From an uncultured Planctomycetales bacterium (GTDB lineage Bacteria; Omnitrophota; Gorgyraeia; Zapsychrales; JBDRMG01): a DNA stretch of 64,000 nucleotides. Below, one piece after another: positions 23,190 through 33,841 of this stretch. The translations under genes and the position numbers were made by a program. The stretch is taken from positions 35,179-99,178 of the forward strand of contig CAYZIY010000002.1 in the NCBI GenBank assembly GCA_964478715.1, in the 5' to 3' direction. Position 1 is the stretch's first letter, and each line of letters opens with the position of its first letter. Below the pieces are notes generated by a model. It saw nothing but the letters and a program-made list of their open reading frames with translations. It made no database searches and was not told where the DNA came from.

Positions 23190-23477
23190 ATGCCACGATC
23201 AGTCAAAAAGGGAGCTTATATCGCAGAACATCTGGCAAGGAAAATTGAAAAGATGCAGAAAACCGGACAGAAGCAACCCATCAGAACATGGAGTCGGTCA
23301 TCGACTATTACTCCTCAGTTTGTGGGCTATACAGTAGCGGTTCATGACGGTCGCAAACATGTTCCGATTTTTATTACGGAAAATATGGTGGGATACAAAT
23401 TCGGATCTTTTGCGCCCACAAGAACATTTCGCAAGCACGGTGGCGTGAAGGCAAAGAAAGCGCCACAAAAGACATAG
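23190..23477 (+). CDS. rpsS: 30S ribosomal protein S19
   Basis: 95 aa; [30 protein letters not shown]. Confidence 0.95.
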   Translation: MPRSVKKGAYIAEHLARKIEKMQKTGQKQPIRTWSRSSTITPQFVGYTVAVHDGRKHVPIFITENMVGYKFGSFAPTRTFRKHGGVKAKKAPQKT

Positions 23478-23485
23478 AAAAGACC

Positions 23486-23821
23486 ATGATTGCCAAAGCC
23501 AAAGTGAAGTATGCCAGGATATCACCGACGAAAGTAAGACGGGTTATCAATCTGATAAGAGGGAAGGATGTTGAGCGGTCCTTATCTCTTTTAGCTCAAA
23601 CAAAATTGGGGCCCACTCCGCTTGTCAGTAAACTTTTGCAGTCGGCCATTAGCAATGCCAAGAAAAAGGGTGTGAATGAGGATCAGCTTATCGTTCGACG
23701 CGTTTTTGCGGATCAGGGGCCGTCAATGAGACGTTACAAAGCAGCCGCTTTCGGCCAAGCTAAACAAATTCTTCATCGAACAACACATTTAACTATTGAA
23801 CTGGATCTTAAAACGAAATAA
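23486..23821 (+). CDS. rplV: 50S ribosomal protein L22
   Basis: 111 aa in S10-operon order. Confidence 0.93.
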   Translation: MIAKAKVKYARISPTKVRRVINLIRGKDVERSLSLLAQTKLGPTPLVSKLLQSAISNAKKKGVNEDQLIVRRVFADQGPSMRRYKAAAFGQAKQILHRTTHLTIELDLKTK

Positions 23822-23830
23822 AGGAGCCTT

Positions 23831-24514
23831 ATGGGACAGAAGGTTAGCCCGATTATATTAAGAATACCGTACATTAAGAACTGGAGCAGTCTCTGGTTTG
23901 CCGATAAAAAGGACTATCCCCAGAATCTTGTTGAAGATAATAAAATCCGTGAATATATCAAAAAGAAATTTGTTCAAGCCGCAGTCGCCAAAGTTGTGAT
24001 TGAACGGTTAGCGGATAAGATCAAAGTGACAATTCACACTGCTCGACCTGGTGTTATTATCGGAAGACGGGGAGCGGATATTGATAGGCTCAGGGATGAT
24101 TTATCTAAAATTACACCTAAAGAAATAGCCATCGATATCAAGGAAATCAAGCAACCGGCTGTCAATGCTCAGCTTGTCGCCCAAAATGTCGCGTTTCAGC
24201 TGGAGAGACGCGTAGCATTTCGTAGAGCGATGAGACGGTCCATGGAGCAAGCCTTAACAGCAGGTGTTCAGGGCATCAAGATTGCCTGTGCGGGACGACT
24301 CGGCGGAATCGAAATGTCTCGGCGAGAGACGGTGAAAAGAGGAAAGATTCCTTTGCAGACATTTCGGGCTGACATTGATTATGGCTTTGCGGAAGCTCAC
24401 ACAACGTACGGCACTTTGGGTGTCAAAGTTTGGACGTATCATGGAGATGCTGTTCTGCAAAGAAAAACGGATGATTCCAAAGAAAATGGTCAGTTACCAT
24501 TGAAACAAAAATAG
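23831..24514 (+). CDS. rpsC: 30S ribosomal protein S3
   Basis: 227 aa; KH domain plus C-terminal domain. Confidence 0.95.
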   Translation: MGQKVSPIILRIPYIKNWSSLWFADKKDYPQNLVEDNKIREYIKKKFVQAAVAKVVIERLADKIKVTIHTARPGVIIGRRGADIDRLRDDLSKITPKEIAIDIKEIKQPAVNAQLVAQNVAFQLERRVAFRRAMRRSMEQALTAGVQGIKIACAGRLGGIEMSRRETVKRGKIPLQTFRADIDYGFAEAHTTYGTLGVKVWTYHGDAVLQRKTDDSKENGQLPLKQK

Positions 24515-24520
24515 GTCATC

Positions 24521-24940
24521 ATGGCATTTATTCCCAAAAGAGTCAAGTATAGAAAATCACAACGACGCAAGAATCGCGGTGTTGCAATCCGCGGATCCAG
24601 TCTTACATTTGGAGAATATGGACTCAAGACATTGGAGAATGGAAAGATTCGCAATAATCATCTGGAAACGGCCAGAGTCACGATTGTTAGAAAATTACGC
24701 GGTGCAGGGAAATTATGGATTAAGATATTTCCTCATAAACCCATAAGCAAAAAACCTGCCGAAACACGGATGGGAAAAGGCAAAGGCGATCTTGACCATT
24801 GGGAAGCGTTAGTGAAGAGAGGCTGCATTTTATTTGAAATCAGTGGAGTTCCTGAGGAATTTGCCAGACAGATTTTCCGATTAGTAGCATTTAAGATGCC
24901 CGTGAGAACAAGATTTGTCTCAAGGGCTGCTGAAAAATAA
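24521..24940 (+). CDS. rplP: 50S ribosomal protein L16
   Basis: 139 aa. Confidence 0.95.
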   Translation: MAFIPKRVKYRKSQRRKNRGVAIRGSSLTFGEYGLKTLENGKIRNNHLETARVTIVRKLRGAGKLWIKIFPHKPISKKPAETRMGKGKGDLDHWEALVKRGCILFEISGVPEEFARQIFRLVAFKMPVRTRFVSRAAEK

Positions 24941-24952
24941 GGTAAATTAATA

Positions 24953-25165
24953 ATGAAAGCAAAAGAACTGAGAGATTTGGATAAAAGCGAGCTTCAGAAT
25001 AAAGAAAAGTCTCTGAAAAAGGAACTTTTTAATTTGAACTTTCAAAAGCAATTCGGTCAGGTCGAGAAGCCCGGTCGATTTCGCAATATAAAAAGAAATA
25101 TTGCTCGTATTCAGACTATTTTAAAAGAGAGAGAACAGGATGGAACAGCAAAAAAACTATCGTAA
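24953..25165 (+). CDS. rpmC: 50S ribosomal protein L29
   Basis: 70 aa (MKAKELRDL...). Confidence 0.9.
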   Translation: MKAKELRDLDKSELQNKEKSLKKELFNLNFQKQFGQVEKPGRFRNIKRNIARIQTILKEREQDGTAKKLS

Positions 25166-25397
25166 AGTTTTTAACGGGATTGTCGTTAGCGACAAAATGA
25201 ACAAAACGCGAGTGGTCAGTGTACCGTGGATGTCCAAGCATAAAATCTATCAAAAGAATATCAGACGCTCAACCCGTTTTAAGGCCCATGATGAGAAAAA
25301 TGCTTCCAAGGTGGGTGATAGGGTGACGATTGCTGAAACTCGCCCACTTTCTAAAGACAAAAGATGGATTATTAAAGATATTCGGCAAGCGAAATGA
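25140..25397 (+). CDS. rpsQ: 30S ribosomal protein S17
   Basis: 85 aa; [14 protein letters not shown]; 26-nt overlap with rpmC, start could be a later non-ATG codon. Confidence 0.88.
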   Translation: MEQQKNYRKVFNGIVVSDKMNKTRVVSVPWMSKHKIYQKNIRRSTRFKAHDEKNASKVGDRVTIAETRPLSKDKRWIIKDIRQAK

Positions 25398-25762
25398 TTT
25401 ATCTTCGAACATTATTAAATGTAGCTGATAATTCGGGTGCGCGAAAAGCATCATTTATTGGCGTTCTCAACCGAAAGGGACGCAAGATGGCTCAAATCGG
25501 CGATATCGTTAAGGTGAACATTAAAGAATCGGCTCCGGATGCTGCCGTTAAGAAGGGAACTGTTGCGAAAGGCGTGATTGTCCGCACAAAAGCACCAATT
25601 CGACGTAATGACGGAACCTATGTTAGGTTTGATACCAATGCTATCGTCATTGTGGATGACGCCGGAAACCCGAAAGGAACACGTGTTTTTGGTCCAGTTG
25701 CTCGGGAACTCAGAAATATGGAATTTATGAAAATTGTCTCATTAGCTCCAGAGGTTGTCTAA
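25394..25762 (+). CDS. rplN: 50S ribosomal protein L14
   Basis: [10 protein letters not shown] motif. Confidence 0.95.
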   Translation: MIYLRTLLNVADNSGARKASFIGVLNRKGRKMAQIGDIVKVNIKESAPDAAVKKGTVAKGVIVRTKAPIRRNDGTYVRFDTNAIVIVDDAGNPKGTRVFGPVARELRNMEFMKIVSLAPEVV

Positions 25763-26074
25763 ATGTTTCGTGTTAAGAAAAATGATCAAGTGATGGTTGT
25801 TGCGGGAAAAGATAAAGGCAAACAAGGGAAGATTCTTCATCTATTTCCCAAGCAGCAGAAAGCGATTGTTGAAAATATCAATATGGTTAAAAAGGCTAGA
25901 CGGCGCACGCAGCAGGATCAACAGGGTGGAATTATCGAGATCGAGAATCCGATTCATCTTTCCAATTTGATGCCTTATTGCAAGCAGTGTAATAAAGCTA
26001 CACGAATTAAAGTTGGGGTTCTTAATGATGGTAGCAAAATTAGGGAATGCCAAAAATGTGGAGCAGCGATTTAA
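25763..26074 (+). CDS. rplX: 50S ribosomal protein L24 (C-terminus carries CxxC...CxxC)
   Basis: KOW motif VMVVAGKDKGKQGKI; C-terminal CKQC...CQKC. Confidence 0.92.
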   Translation: MFRVKKNDQVMVVAGKDKGKQGKILHLFPKQQKAIVENINMVKKARRRTQQDQQGGIIEIENPIHLSNLMPYCKQCNKATRIKVGVLNDGSKIRECQKCGAAI

Positions 26075-26075
26075 A

Positions 26076-26618
26076 ATGAGGCCTCGATTAGCCGAAAAAT
26101 ATAAAGACGAAATCATCCCGGCAATGAAGGAGAAGTTCAATATTGATAACGCGATGTCTCTTCCCGTGCTTGAGAAAATTGTTATCAATATGGGAGTGGG
26201 TGAAGCCATTGATGATCCCAAGATTTTGGAAAAAGCATCCAGCGAAATGGCAGCTATTACCGGGCAAAAACCAATCATTCGAAGAGCCAAAAAGGCCGTC
26301 TCTAATTTTAAAATCCGAAAGGGCGTTGCGATTGGCTGCAAGGTAACATTGCGTCGACAGAAAATGTATGAATTCATGGATCGATTGATCAATGTGGCTT
26401 TGCCTCGTATCCGGGATTTCAATGGGGTGCCGAAGAATTCATTCGATAGAGAAGGAAACTATACAGTTGGACTCAAGGAGCAAGGTATCTTTCCGGAGAT
26501 TAGCCTTGACCAGATTCAGCGTTCACAGGGAATGGATATCACATTTGTTTTTAATCACGGACCCCGAGAGCAGACTTTCGAAATATTGCGTTTTTTCGGT
26601 ATGCCGTTTACAAAATAG
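26076..26618 (+). CDS. rplE: 50S ribosomal protein L5
   Basis: Start trimmed to MRPRLAEKY directly after the rplX stop; the track ORF beginning at 26013 overlaps rplX. Confidence 0.92.
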   Translation: MRPRLAEKYKDEIIPAMKEKFNIDNAMSLPVLEKIVINMGVGEAIDDPKILEKASSEMAAITGQKPIIRRAKKAVSNFKIRKGVAIGCKVTLRRQKMYEFMDRLINVALPRIRDFNGVPKNSFDREGNYTVGLKEQGIFPEISLDQIQRSQGMDITFVFNHGPREQTFEILRFFGMPFTK

Positions 26619-26638
26619 TAAAAGAGGGTAGAAATCTT

Positions 26639-26824
26639 ATGGCCAAAACAAGCTGGATTTATAAAGCGCAACGAAAGCCAAAATATTCCGCCAGGAAAGT
26701 GAATCGCTGCAAACTCTGCGGGCGCTCCCGAGGATATTTGCGCCGATTTTCTTTGTGTCGCATTTGTTTTCGTGAGCTGGCCTGGAAAGGTGAAATTCCG
26801 GGCGTTAAGAAAGCTAGCTGGTAA
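26639..26824 (+). CDS. rpsZ: 30S ribosomal protein S14 type Z (zinc-binding)
   Basis: 61 aa with CKLCGR...CRIC. Confidence 0.93.
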   Translation: MAKTSWIYKAQRKPKYSARKVNRCKLCGRSRGYLRRFSLCRICFRELAWKGEIPGVKKASW

Positions 26825-26838
26825 AAGAAGGAAATTCT

Positions 26839-27237
26839 ATGTCACTCAATGATCCGATTAGCAATATGTTAACAAGCATTCGAAACGCGTCCAACGTTAA
26901 AAAAGACAGCGTTGATGTTCCTGCATCCAAAATTTCTAAGAAAATCTTGGAGATATTTAGGAATGATGGATATATCGAGGATTTTCGAACATTATCGAAT
27001 ACAAAGCAAGGGACATTAAAAGTATATTTAAAATATAAGACCAATAATGAGCCGGTGATTATTGGCTTGAAGCGAGTCTCCAGGCCGGGGTTGCGGAAAT
27101 ATGTGAAGCATGATGAAATTCCCCGAGTTTTGAACGGTTTAGGTTCTGCGGTGATTTCAACATCGCGGGGTGTTATGTCAGATCGCCAAGCCCGGAAAGA
27201 AAAAATTGGAGGAGAGATTCTCTGTTACGTTTGGTAA
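26839..27237 (+). CDS. rpsH: 30S ribosomal protein S8
   Basis: 132 aa in spc-operon order. Confidence 0.95.
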   Translation: MSLNDPISNMLTSIRNASNVKKDSVDVPASKISKKILEIFRNDGYIEDFRTLSNTKQGTLKVYLKYKTNNEPVIIGLKRVSRPGLRKYVKHDEIPRVLNGLGSAVISTSRGVMSDRQARKEKIGGEILCYVW

Positions 27238-27243
27238 TTTATT

Positions 27244-27783
27244 ATGTCACGTGTCGGTAAAGTTCCAATACAAATCCCTAAAGAAGTCAAAGTAGCAGTC
27301 AATAACGGTTCTGTTTTCATTGAAGGCTCAAAGGGGAAGCTCTCGCTCGATATCCCGCATGGGATCGAAGTGGAGACTAAAGATAATAAAATTGAAGTCC
27401 GTCGACTGAATAATTCCAAACAGTCGCGCTCCAATCACGGTACGATTCGAGCTATCCTGAGCAATATGCTAACAGGCGTTACCCAGAGTCATAAGAAAGA
27501 TTTGGAAATTCGAGGGGTCGGTTATCGAGCAAATTTACAAGGAGATAAGATTGAATTTAGTGTTGGTCTTAGTCATCCTGTGTTCTTTGATGTCCCTAAA
27601 GGCGTGAATGTCAAATTAAGAAAACCGACCGAAATCGAGCTGGAATCAATCGATAAAGCATTGCTGGGGGAAGTGGCCAGTCGAATTCGCCGGATTAAAC
27701 CTCCTGAACCCTATAAGGGTAAGGGCATTCGCTATGCGGATGAGGTCGTTCGTCAAAAACAAGGAAAATCTGTCACCAAGTAA
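27244..27783 (+). CDS. rplF: 50S ribosomal protein L6
   Basis: 179 aa in spc-operon order. Confidence 0.95.
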   Translation: MSRVGKVPIQIPKEVKVAVNNGSVFIEGSKGKLSLDIPHGIEVETKDNKIEVRRLNNSKQSRSNHGTIRAILSNMLTGVTQSHKKDLEIRGVGYRANLQGDKIEFSVGLSHPVFFDVPKGVNVKLRKPTEIELESIDKALLGEVASRIRRIKPPEPYKGKGIRYADEVVRQKQGKSVTK

Positions 27784-27785
27784 TT

Positions 27786-28148
27786 ATGATATCAGAAAAA
27801 GAGCAAAAAAGAGAAGCACGACACAGAAGGATTCGAAAGAAAATCCAAGGAAATGGTGAAGTTCCCCGTCTGTGTATTCATCGCAGCAATACCAATTTGC
27901 AGGCCCATATTGTTGATGATGTTAAGAGAAAGGTTTTATTCGGCGCCTCTACTACCGATAAGGAATTTAAGAGCAAAGTCAAAAATGCAGGGAATATCAA
28001 AGCCGCGAGTCTTTTTGGCGAAGAGTTTGCCAAACTCGCCGGTGAAAAAGGCATCAAAAAGGTTTGCTTTGACCGCTGCGGTTATCTTTATCATGGAAGA
28101 ATCAAAGCCTTTGCCGAAGCAGCCAGAAAAGGTGGGATGAAGCTATAA
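27786..28148 (+). CDS. rplR: 50S ribosomal protein L18
   Basis: 120 aa in spc-operon order. Confidence 0.93.
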   Translation: MISEKEQKREARHRRIRKKIQGNGEVPRLCIHRSNTNLQAHIVDDVKRKVLFGASTTDKEFKSKVKNAGNIKAASLFGEEFAKLAGEKGIKKVCFDRCGYLYHGRIKAFAEAARKGGMKL

Positions 28149-28855
28149 TGGATAATCAAGAAAAAGAGAATCAACCAAAAGAGAACCTGAAAGCCAAAGA
28201 GGTAAAAGAGACTTCCGTTGATCAAAACAATGCGGAGCAGCAACAAGAGGAGCGGTCCCCATCGACAGCAAGGAAGAATGATATTATTTCTGAAAAAAAG
28301 AAATCTTATGTCAAAAAAGGAAGGCCGAACAAGAAGACTTTAAAGTCGTCCGCAGGGGATGTTCAATCGGAAGTTATTGAAAAAGTCATTAAAATTAATC
28401 GCGTGGCTAAAGTTACCAAGGGCGGGAAAAAACTTTCTTTTAGTGCTTTGGTTGTTGTTGGAGATACAAAAGGTAAGACAGGATATTATTTGGGTAAAGC
28501 CAATGACGTGGCGGCGGCTATCAGAAAATCGCTGGCCGGCGCAAAAAAGAATATGATCAAGGTGCCCATGAGGCAATCCACCATCACGCATGAAATTATC
28601 GGAAAATGCGGAGCTGCACGGGTTTTACTCAAGCCGGCTGCAGAGGGAACCGGTGTTATTGCTGCTGGCCCTGTTCGGGCGGTCTGCGATGCGGCCGGAA
28701 TTCACAATATATTGACAAAGTGTCATACAACAAATAATCCGCTTAATGTTATTAAGGCAACGATTGATGGGCTCAGTCGGCTCAAGGCTCTCAAGACTGA
28801 GCAGTCTTCGCAAGGAGAAAAAGCGCAGCAAGAGGAAAGCAATGCTGATTCATGA
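28148..28855 (+). CDS. rpsE: 30S ribosomal protein S5 with ~75-aa low-complexity N-terminal extension
   Basis: Conserved core begins around [20 protein letters not shown]; TAATG coupling to rplR supports the upstream start. Confidence 0.9.
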   Translation: MDNQEKENQPKENLKAKEVKETSVDQNNAEQQQEERSPSTARKNDIISEKKKSYVKKGRPNKKTLKSSAGDVQSEVIEKVIKINRVAKVTKGGKKLSFSALVVVGDTKGKTGYYLGKANDVAAAIRKSLAGAKKNMIKVPMRQSTITHEIIGKCGAARVLLKPAAEGTGVIAAGPVRAVCDAAGIHNILTKCHTTNNPLNVIKATIDGLSRLKALKTEQSSQGEKAQQEESNADS

Positions 28856-29291
28856 ACTGAAGAAATCGAAGAAGGCTCGTAAAAAGAGAAAGATTGTTGG
28901 TCGCGGCCACGGATCCGGTCACGGTAAAACATCATGCCGAGGGCATAAAGGCCAGAAAGCCAGATCTGGGCGAGGTATCCTTAATTCGCTGGAAGGGGGC
29001 CAGGTTCCTTTGATCAGACGTTTGGCCAAAATCGGTTTTCGAAGTAAGCATCCAAAAATACATCAATTAGTGAAAGTAGGCAGTTTGAATCGTTTTAAGG
29101 AAGATACGTTAATTGATGCTGAATTTATGAAAAATCATGGATTAATCCGAAGCACAAAGAGAACAATTAAGATCTTAGGTGACGGGGAAATTAAGAAGCC
29201 CCTTAAAATTGCCGCTCATTATTTTTCCAAAAGCGCGCAAGAAAAAATTGAAAAAGCTGGCGGAACGGTTCAAACGATAAAAGAAAATTAG
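28842..29291 (+). CDS. rplO: 50S ribosomal protein L15
   Basis: Start trimmed to MLIHELKK...[24 protein letters not shown]; overlaps the rpsE end by 14 nt; no L30 gene in between. Confidence 0.9.
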   Translation: MLIHELKKSKKARKKRKIVGRGHGSGHGKTSCRGHKGQKARSGRGILNSLEGGQVPLIRRLAKIGFRSKHPKIHQLVKVGSLNRFKEDTLIDAEFMKNHGLIRSTKRTIKILGDGEIKKPLKIAAHYFSKSAQEKIEKAGGTVQTIKEN

Positions 29292-29292
29292 T

Positions 29293-30642
29293 ATGCTTAG
29301 CGCATTTGCCAATTGTTTAAAAATCCCTGATCTGAAAAAGAAGATTTTATTTACGTTAGGTATTATTATCGCTTATCGTGTGGGCTGCTATATTCCCACG
29401 CCTGGTGTCAACGGAGCTATGCTGGCGGAATATTTTCGGACGATGAGCACTAAAGCCGGCGGGGGGACAATTTTTAATATCATGAATATGTTTTCGGGAG
29501 GCGCGCTTCAAAAATTGACAATCTTTGCCCTCGGAATTATGCCGTATATTTCTTCTTCTATTATAATGCAGCTTTTAACGGCTGTTATTCCGGCGCTGGA
29601 GAAATTATCTAAGCAAGGGCAGGAGGGATATCGGAAAATCAATCAGTACACACGATATGGGACATTGGTATTATCTCTGGTGCAGTCGTATTTCATTGCC
29701 CTTTGGCTGGAGAGTCCGCAGATGTTTGAAAATTTGCGTGTTGTGGAAAATCCCGGCTGGGGATTTCGTTTAACAACTATGATTACTTTGACTTGCGGAA
29801 CATTGCTTCTCATGTGGCTGGGTGAGCAAATTCAAGAAAAAGGTATTGGAAACGGCATTTCCTTAATTATTTGCGTGGGCATTATTTCTAGTGCTCCGGC
29901 AGCAATCAATAATCTGATTCTGCTTTTATCACCCAAAACAGCTGCTGCGCGTCAGATTCAGCCCCTCACACTGGTGGTTATGATTTTCTTTTTAATCGCC
30001 GTTATTTTTTCAATCACTCTTATTACGCAGGGGCAAAGAAAGATTCCGGTGCAATATGCCCGGCGCGTAGTAGGCAGAAGGGTTTATGGCGGACAAAGCA
30101 CTTTTATTCCCTTGAAAGTGGATACGGCCGGTGTCATTGCTATAATTTTTGCCCAATCTCTGATTCTTTTTCCGGCAACAATCGCGAGCTTTCTCAATAA
30201 TCAAAAACTTTTGGCTTTCGCTAATATGATGACACGGGGAACGCCCATTTACTATATTATTTACGCCGTCTTGATTATCTTTTTTTGTTATTTTTATACA
30301 GCTATTGTTTTTAATCCGGTTGATATCGCTGAAAATATGAAGAAATACGGTGGTTTTATTCCCGGTGTGCGTCCAGGAAAACCGACAGCTGATTTTCTGG
30401 ATTTTACGATGACGCGCATCACTTTGGCCGGGGCCTTGTTTATTTGTGCTATAGCTATTATGCCGGACGCCATCATGGCGGCCTTCAAAGTTCCTTATTT
30501 AGTTGCGTCGTTCTTTGGAGGCACAGGCGTTTTGATTATGGTTGGGGTTATGCTTGATACATTGAAGCAAGTCGAATCCCAGTTACTGATGAGGCATTAT
30601 GATGGATTTTTAAAATCAGGCCAAGTGAGGGGTCGTCGATGA
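29293..30642 (+). CDS. secY: preprotein translocase subunit SecY
   Basis: 449 aa, polytopic membrane protein in the conserved position. Confidence 0.95.
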   Translation: MLSAFANCLKIPDLKKKILFTLGIIIAYRVGCYIPTPGVNGAMLAEYFRTMSTKAGGGTIFNIMNMFSGGALQKLTIFALGIMPYISSSIIMQLLTAVIPALEKLSKQGQEGYRKINQYTRYGTLVLSLVQSYFIALWLESPQMFENLRVVENPGWGFRLTTMITLTCGTLLLMWLGEQIQEKGIGNGISLIICVGIISSAPAAINNLILLLSPKTAAARQIQPLTLVVMIFFLIAVIFSITLITQGQRKIPVQYARRVVGRRVYGGQSTFIPLKVDTAGVIAIIFAQSLILFPATIASFLNNQKLLAFANMMTRGTPIYYIIYAVLIIFFCYFYTAIVFNPVDIAENMKKYGGFIPGVRPGKPTADFLDFTMTRITLAGALFICAIAIMPDAIMAAFKVPYLVASFFGGTGVLIMVGVMLDTLKQVESQLLMRHYDGFLKSGQVRGRR

Positions 30643-31304
30643 GAATAGTTTTATTGGGGCCTCCCGGAGCAGGAAAAGGAACTCAAGCAAAGCTATTGGC
30701 TAAGGAGTTCAATCTTTTACATATTTCAACCGGTGATCTCCTCCGCGAGGAGATGAAAAAGAATTCTGATTTGGGAAAGGAAGTTAAGAAATTCGTGGAA
30801 AGCGGAGGCCTTGTTCCTGATGAGATTGTGACGCAAATGATCAAGAATAAGCTGACGGTGCAATCAGATTCAAGAAGTGAGGGATACATTTTAGACGGAT
30901 TTCCCAGAACCGAACAACAAGCTGAGAGCCTGGATCAGATATTGGATGATATTCAGCAGCCGATCGATGCCACAATTTTTATGGAGGCGACTCTTCCTGT
31001 TGTGACTCAGCGACTTACCGGTCGTAGGGTTTGCCGCGATTGCGGAGCACTCTTTCATGTGGGCAATAAACCTCCCAAGAAGGATGGTGTTTGCGATCAA
31101 TGTCAGGGAGAGCTTTATCAAAGGCCTGACGATAATGAGGAAACCATCAAGAAACGGATGGATGTTTACATGAAGAACACGCAGTCGGTCATTTCCCACT
31201 ATCAAAGGCAGAACAAATTGGTTAAGGTCAATGGCGATCGAAATGCTGAAAAAGTACGCAAGCAGATTATCGATTTGTTCCATGAAACCGAGCGTCAACA
31301 TTAA
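30639..31304 (+). CDS. adk: adenylate kinase (zinc-lid type)
   Basis: GPPGAGKGTQ P-loop; lid CRDC...CDQC. Confidence 0.95.
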   Translation: MRIVLLGPPGAGKGTQAKLLAKEFNLLHISTGDLLREEMKKNSDLGKEVKKFVESGGLVPDEIVTQMIKNKLTVQSDSRSEGYILDGFPRTEQQAESLDQILDDIQQPIDATIFMEATLPVVTQRLTGRRVCRDCGALFHVGNKPPKKDGVCDQCQGELYQRPDDNEETIKKRMDVYMKNTQSVISHYQRQNKLVKVNGDRNAEKVRKQIIDLFHETERQH

Positions 31305-32043
31305 GCTGAAGACTCCTGAAGAGATTCGCGTCTTAAAGGAAGCGGGTCAGATATTAGCGGAAATTCGCGCAGGAATTAGAAGTTCTTTAAAAATTGGAAT
31401 ATCAACTAAAGATATTGACTTTAAGGCAGAGCAGTTGATCCAAAAACATAAGGTGCAGTCGGCCTTTAAAGGTTATCGTGGCTATCCGGCCTGTGCTTGC
31501 GTGTCCCTTAATCAGGAAGTTGTTCACGGAATTCCTCGCAAAGACCGGCTGGTTAAAAATGGGGATTTGTTAAGCATTGATATTGGAATCAAGCATGGCC
31601 GGTTTTTCTCTGATACGGCATTTACTGTTGGGTTGGGTCAGATTAGCCAGAGGCAACGTCAGTTGATTGATGTGACTCGAAAAGCGCTTGCTGAAGGCAT
31701 TGATCAGGCGCAAATCGGCAATCATCTTAGTGATATTTCTCATGCGATTCAAAAACGAATCGAGGAAAAGCATTTTTCTGTGGTTCGAGATTTTGTCGGT
31801 CATGGAATCGGGGAATCATTGCATGAGGAACCTGAGATTCCCAATTTTGGAAAGCCTCATCAAGGCCCAATATTACTTGAAGGTATGGTTTTTGCCATTG
31901 AACCCATGGCAAATATTGGTTCCTGGCAAACCAGTGTTCTTAAAGATGGTTGGACGGTGGTAACGCAGGATGGAAGTTGCTCAGCACATTTTGAGCATAC
32001 TATAGCTATTACGGCGAATGGGCCGATAATTTTGACGGAATAA
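31282..32043 (+). CDS. map: type I methionine aminopeptidase
   Basis: M24A metal-ligand blocks (D...D...H...E...E); start trimmed to MKPSVNIK, leaving a ~23-nt overlap with adk. Confidence 0.88.
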   Translation: MKPSVNIKLKTPEEIRVLKEAGQILAEIRAGIRSSLKIGISTKDIDFKAEQLIQKHKVQSAFKGYRGYPACACVSLNQEVVHGIPRKDRLVKNGDLLSIDIGIKHGRFFSDTAFTVGLGQISQRQRQLIDVTRKALAEGIDQAQIGNHLSDISHAIQKRIEEKHFSVVRDFVGHGIGESLHEEPEIPNFGKPHQGPILLEGMVFAIEPMANIGSWQTSVLKDGWTVVTQDGSCSAHFEHTIAITANGPIILTE

Positions 32044-32047
32044 AGAA

Positions 32048-32266
32048 ATGGCCAAAGAAGACCTTATAGAGGTTGAAGGAGTTGTCAAAGAGGCATTACC
32101 CAATGCCATGTTTCACGTGGAGTTGGATAATGGGCATGTTATTCTCGCTCACATATCCGGTAAGATCAGGAAGCATTTTATTCGCATTCTTCCGGGAGAT
32201 AAAGTAAAGGTTGAACTTTCCCCATATGATTTATCTCGGGGACGCATAACTTACAGGAATAAATAA
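32048..32266 (+). CDS. infA: translation initiation factor IF-1
   Basis: 72 aa, S1-like OB fold. Confidence 0.95.
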   Translation: MAKEDLIEVEGVVKEALPNAMFHVELDNGHVILAHISGKIRKHFIRILPGDKVKVELSPYDLSRGRITYRNK

Positions 32267-32380
32267 ATGAAAGTGAAATCTTCAGTAAAAAGAATTTGTG
32301 GCAAATGTCATATCGTGCGACGACGTGGGGTTGTACGAGTAATTTGCTCCAATCCGAAACACAAGCAAAGACAAGGATAA
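32267..32380 (+). CDS. rpmJ: 50S ribosomal protein L36
   Basis: 37-aa [40 protein letters not shown], absent from the ORF track because it is under 60 aa; C..C..C..H zinc ribbon. Confidence 0.9.
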   Translation: MKVKSSVKRICGKCHIVRRRGVVRVICSNPKHKQRQG

Positions 32381-32387
32381 GTGAAGT

Positions 32388-32756
32388 ATGCCTAGAATAC
32401 TCGGTATTGATCTTAATAAAGAAAAGCATATTGAAACATCTCTTCGCTATATTTATGGGATTGGATTAACCTCGTCTCGCAAGATTCTTGACGAGGCGAA
32501 TATTTCCTATGACAAGAAAGCAAAAGATTTGACGGATGAAGAAGTTGCTCGTGTTACTGCCATAATCCAGAAGAATCATCGTGTGGAAGGCGACTTGCGA
32601 CGAGAAGTTCATCAAAATATTCGCCGGTTGATTGACATCGGGTCTTATCGGGGAGCTCGTCATAAAAAAGGCTTACCCGCCCGTGGCCAAAGAACCCGGA
32701 CGAATTCAAGAACACGGAAAGGCAAAAGACGATCCGTGGGGACATCAAAAAAATAA
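32388..32756 (+). CDS. rpsM: 30S ribosomal protein S13
   Basis: 122 aa (MPRILGIDL...). Confidence 0.95.
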   Translation: MPRILGIDLNKEKHIETSLRYIYGIGLTSSRKILDEANISYDKKAKDLTDEEVARVTAIIQKNHRVEGDLRREVHQNIRRLIDIGSYRGARHKKGLPARGQRTRTNSRTRKGKRRSVGTSKK

Positions 32757-32770
32757 TTTAGGATGGACAC

Positions 32771-33160
32771 ATGGTTAAGAAAGTAACAAAAGTAAAAAAG
32801 AAATCATTAAAGGGAATCACCAGTGGCATTGTTCATATTTACGCCACATTCAACAATACGATCATTAGCATTTGCGATAAGCAGGGTAATGTCATCGTAT
32901 GGTCCACACCAGGTCATGTCGGATTTAAGGGTTCAAAAAAATCGACACCTTTTGCGGCTCAGATCGCAAGCCAGGATGCCGCTAAAAGGGCTAAGGACCT
33001 TGGGATTATGTCAGTTGAGGTTTACGTAAAAGGGCCGGGCTCAGGGCGTGAATCAGCTATTCGGGCGCTTCAGTCTGCCGGTCTGGAAGTAACTTCGATC
33101 AAAGATGTTACGCCGATTCCGCATAATGGTTGTCGTCCCAGAAAGAAGAGACGAGTTTAA
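32771..33160 (+). CDS. rpsK: 30S ribosomal protein S11
   Basis: 129 aa in alpha-operon order. Confidence 0.95.
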   Translation: MVKKVTKVKKKSLKGITSGIVHIYATFNNTIISICDKQGNVIVWSTPGHVGFKGSKKSTPFAAQIASQDAAKRAKDLGIMSVEVYVKGPGSGRESAIRALQSAGLEVTSIKDVTPIPHNGCRPRKKRRV

Positions 33161-33174
33161 AGGAAAGGGTGCAG

Positions 33175-33801
33175 ATGGCTCGATATATCGGACCGGATTG
33201 CCGGTTATGTAGGCGAGAAGGTGAAAAATTATTTTTAAAAGGAAATCGTTGTTATGCGGACCGTTGTGCTTTGATGCGCAGAGAGTATGCTCCCGGTCAG
33301 CATGGTTCTCGCCGCGTTAAACTATCAAACTTTGGAATTCAGCTTCGGGAAAAACAGAAGGTTAAAAGGATCTATGGTCTATTGGAGAAGCAATTTCGCA
33401 GTTATTTTGCGAAGGCGGAACGCGGCAAGGGTGTTACCGGTGAAGTGCTTTTGCAGTTGCTGGAAAGACGCCTGGATAACGTAATCTTTCAGCTTGGATT
33501 CGCAACTTCTCGAAAAGAGGCCCGGCAATTTGTGACTCATGGCTTCGTGACAGTTAATGACCGAAAGGTCAATATTCCGTCATTTTTGGTTAAGAAGGAC
33601 CAAGAAATCACGATGAAGATTGATGGAAAGATGATCAAGCGTGTCAAGGAAAACATTGAAGTGACAAAAGATCGGGCAGCTCCCGAATGGTTGGCGGATG
33701 ATCCCGATCATTTTAAAGGCAAGATCAAACGGCTTCCCAATCGGGAAGATATTCTATTTAATGTGAATGAACAGCTTATCGTCGAGCTTTATTCACGATA
33801 A
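33175..33801 (+). CDS. rpsD: 30S ribosomal protein S4 (zinc-finger type)
   Basis: Start trimmed to MARYIGPDCRLCRREG...CYADRC. Confidence 0.92.
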   Translation: MARYIGPDCRLCRREGEKLFLKGNRCYADRCALMRREYAPGQHGSRRVKLSNFGIQLREKQKVKRIYGLLEKQFRSYFAKAERGKGVTGEVLLQLLERRLDNVIFQLGFATSRKEARQFVTHGFVTVNDRKVNIPSFLVKKDQEITMKIDGKMIKRVKENIEVTKDRAAPEWLADDPDHFKGKIKRLPNREDILFNVNEQLIVELYSR

Positions 33802-33841
33802 TACATAACACACAGATACTACAGGATTTAGGAGGAAGCAC

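Noticed and set aside
26013-26075. ORF-track N-terminal extensions (rplE from 26013, rplO from 28746, map from 31231, rpsD from 33130, pfk from 49936, lipB from 38909)
   Set aside because: The extensions overlap the upstream gene and the conserved protein N-termini begin at internal ATGs, so I trimmed the starts.
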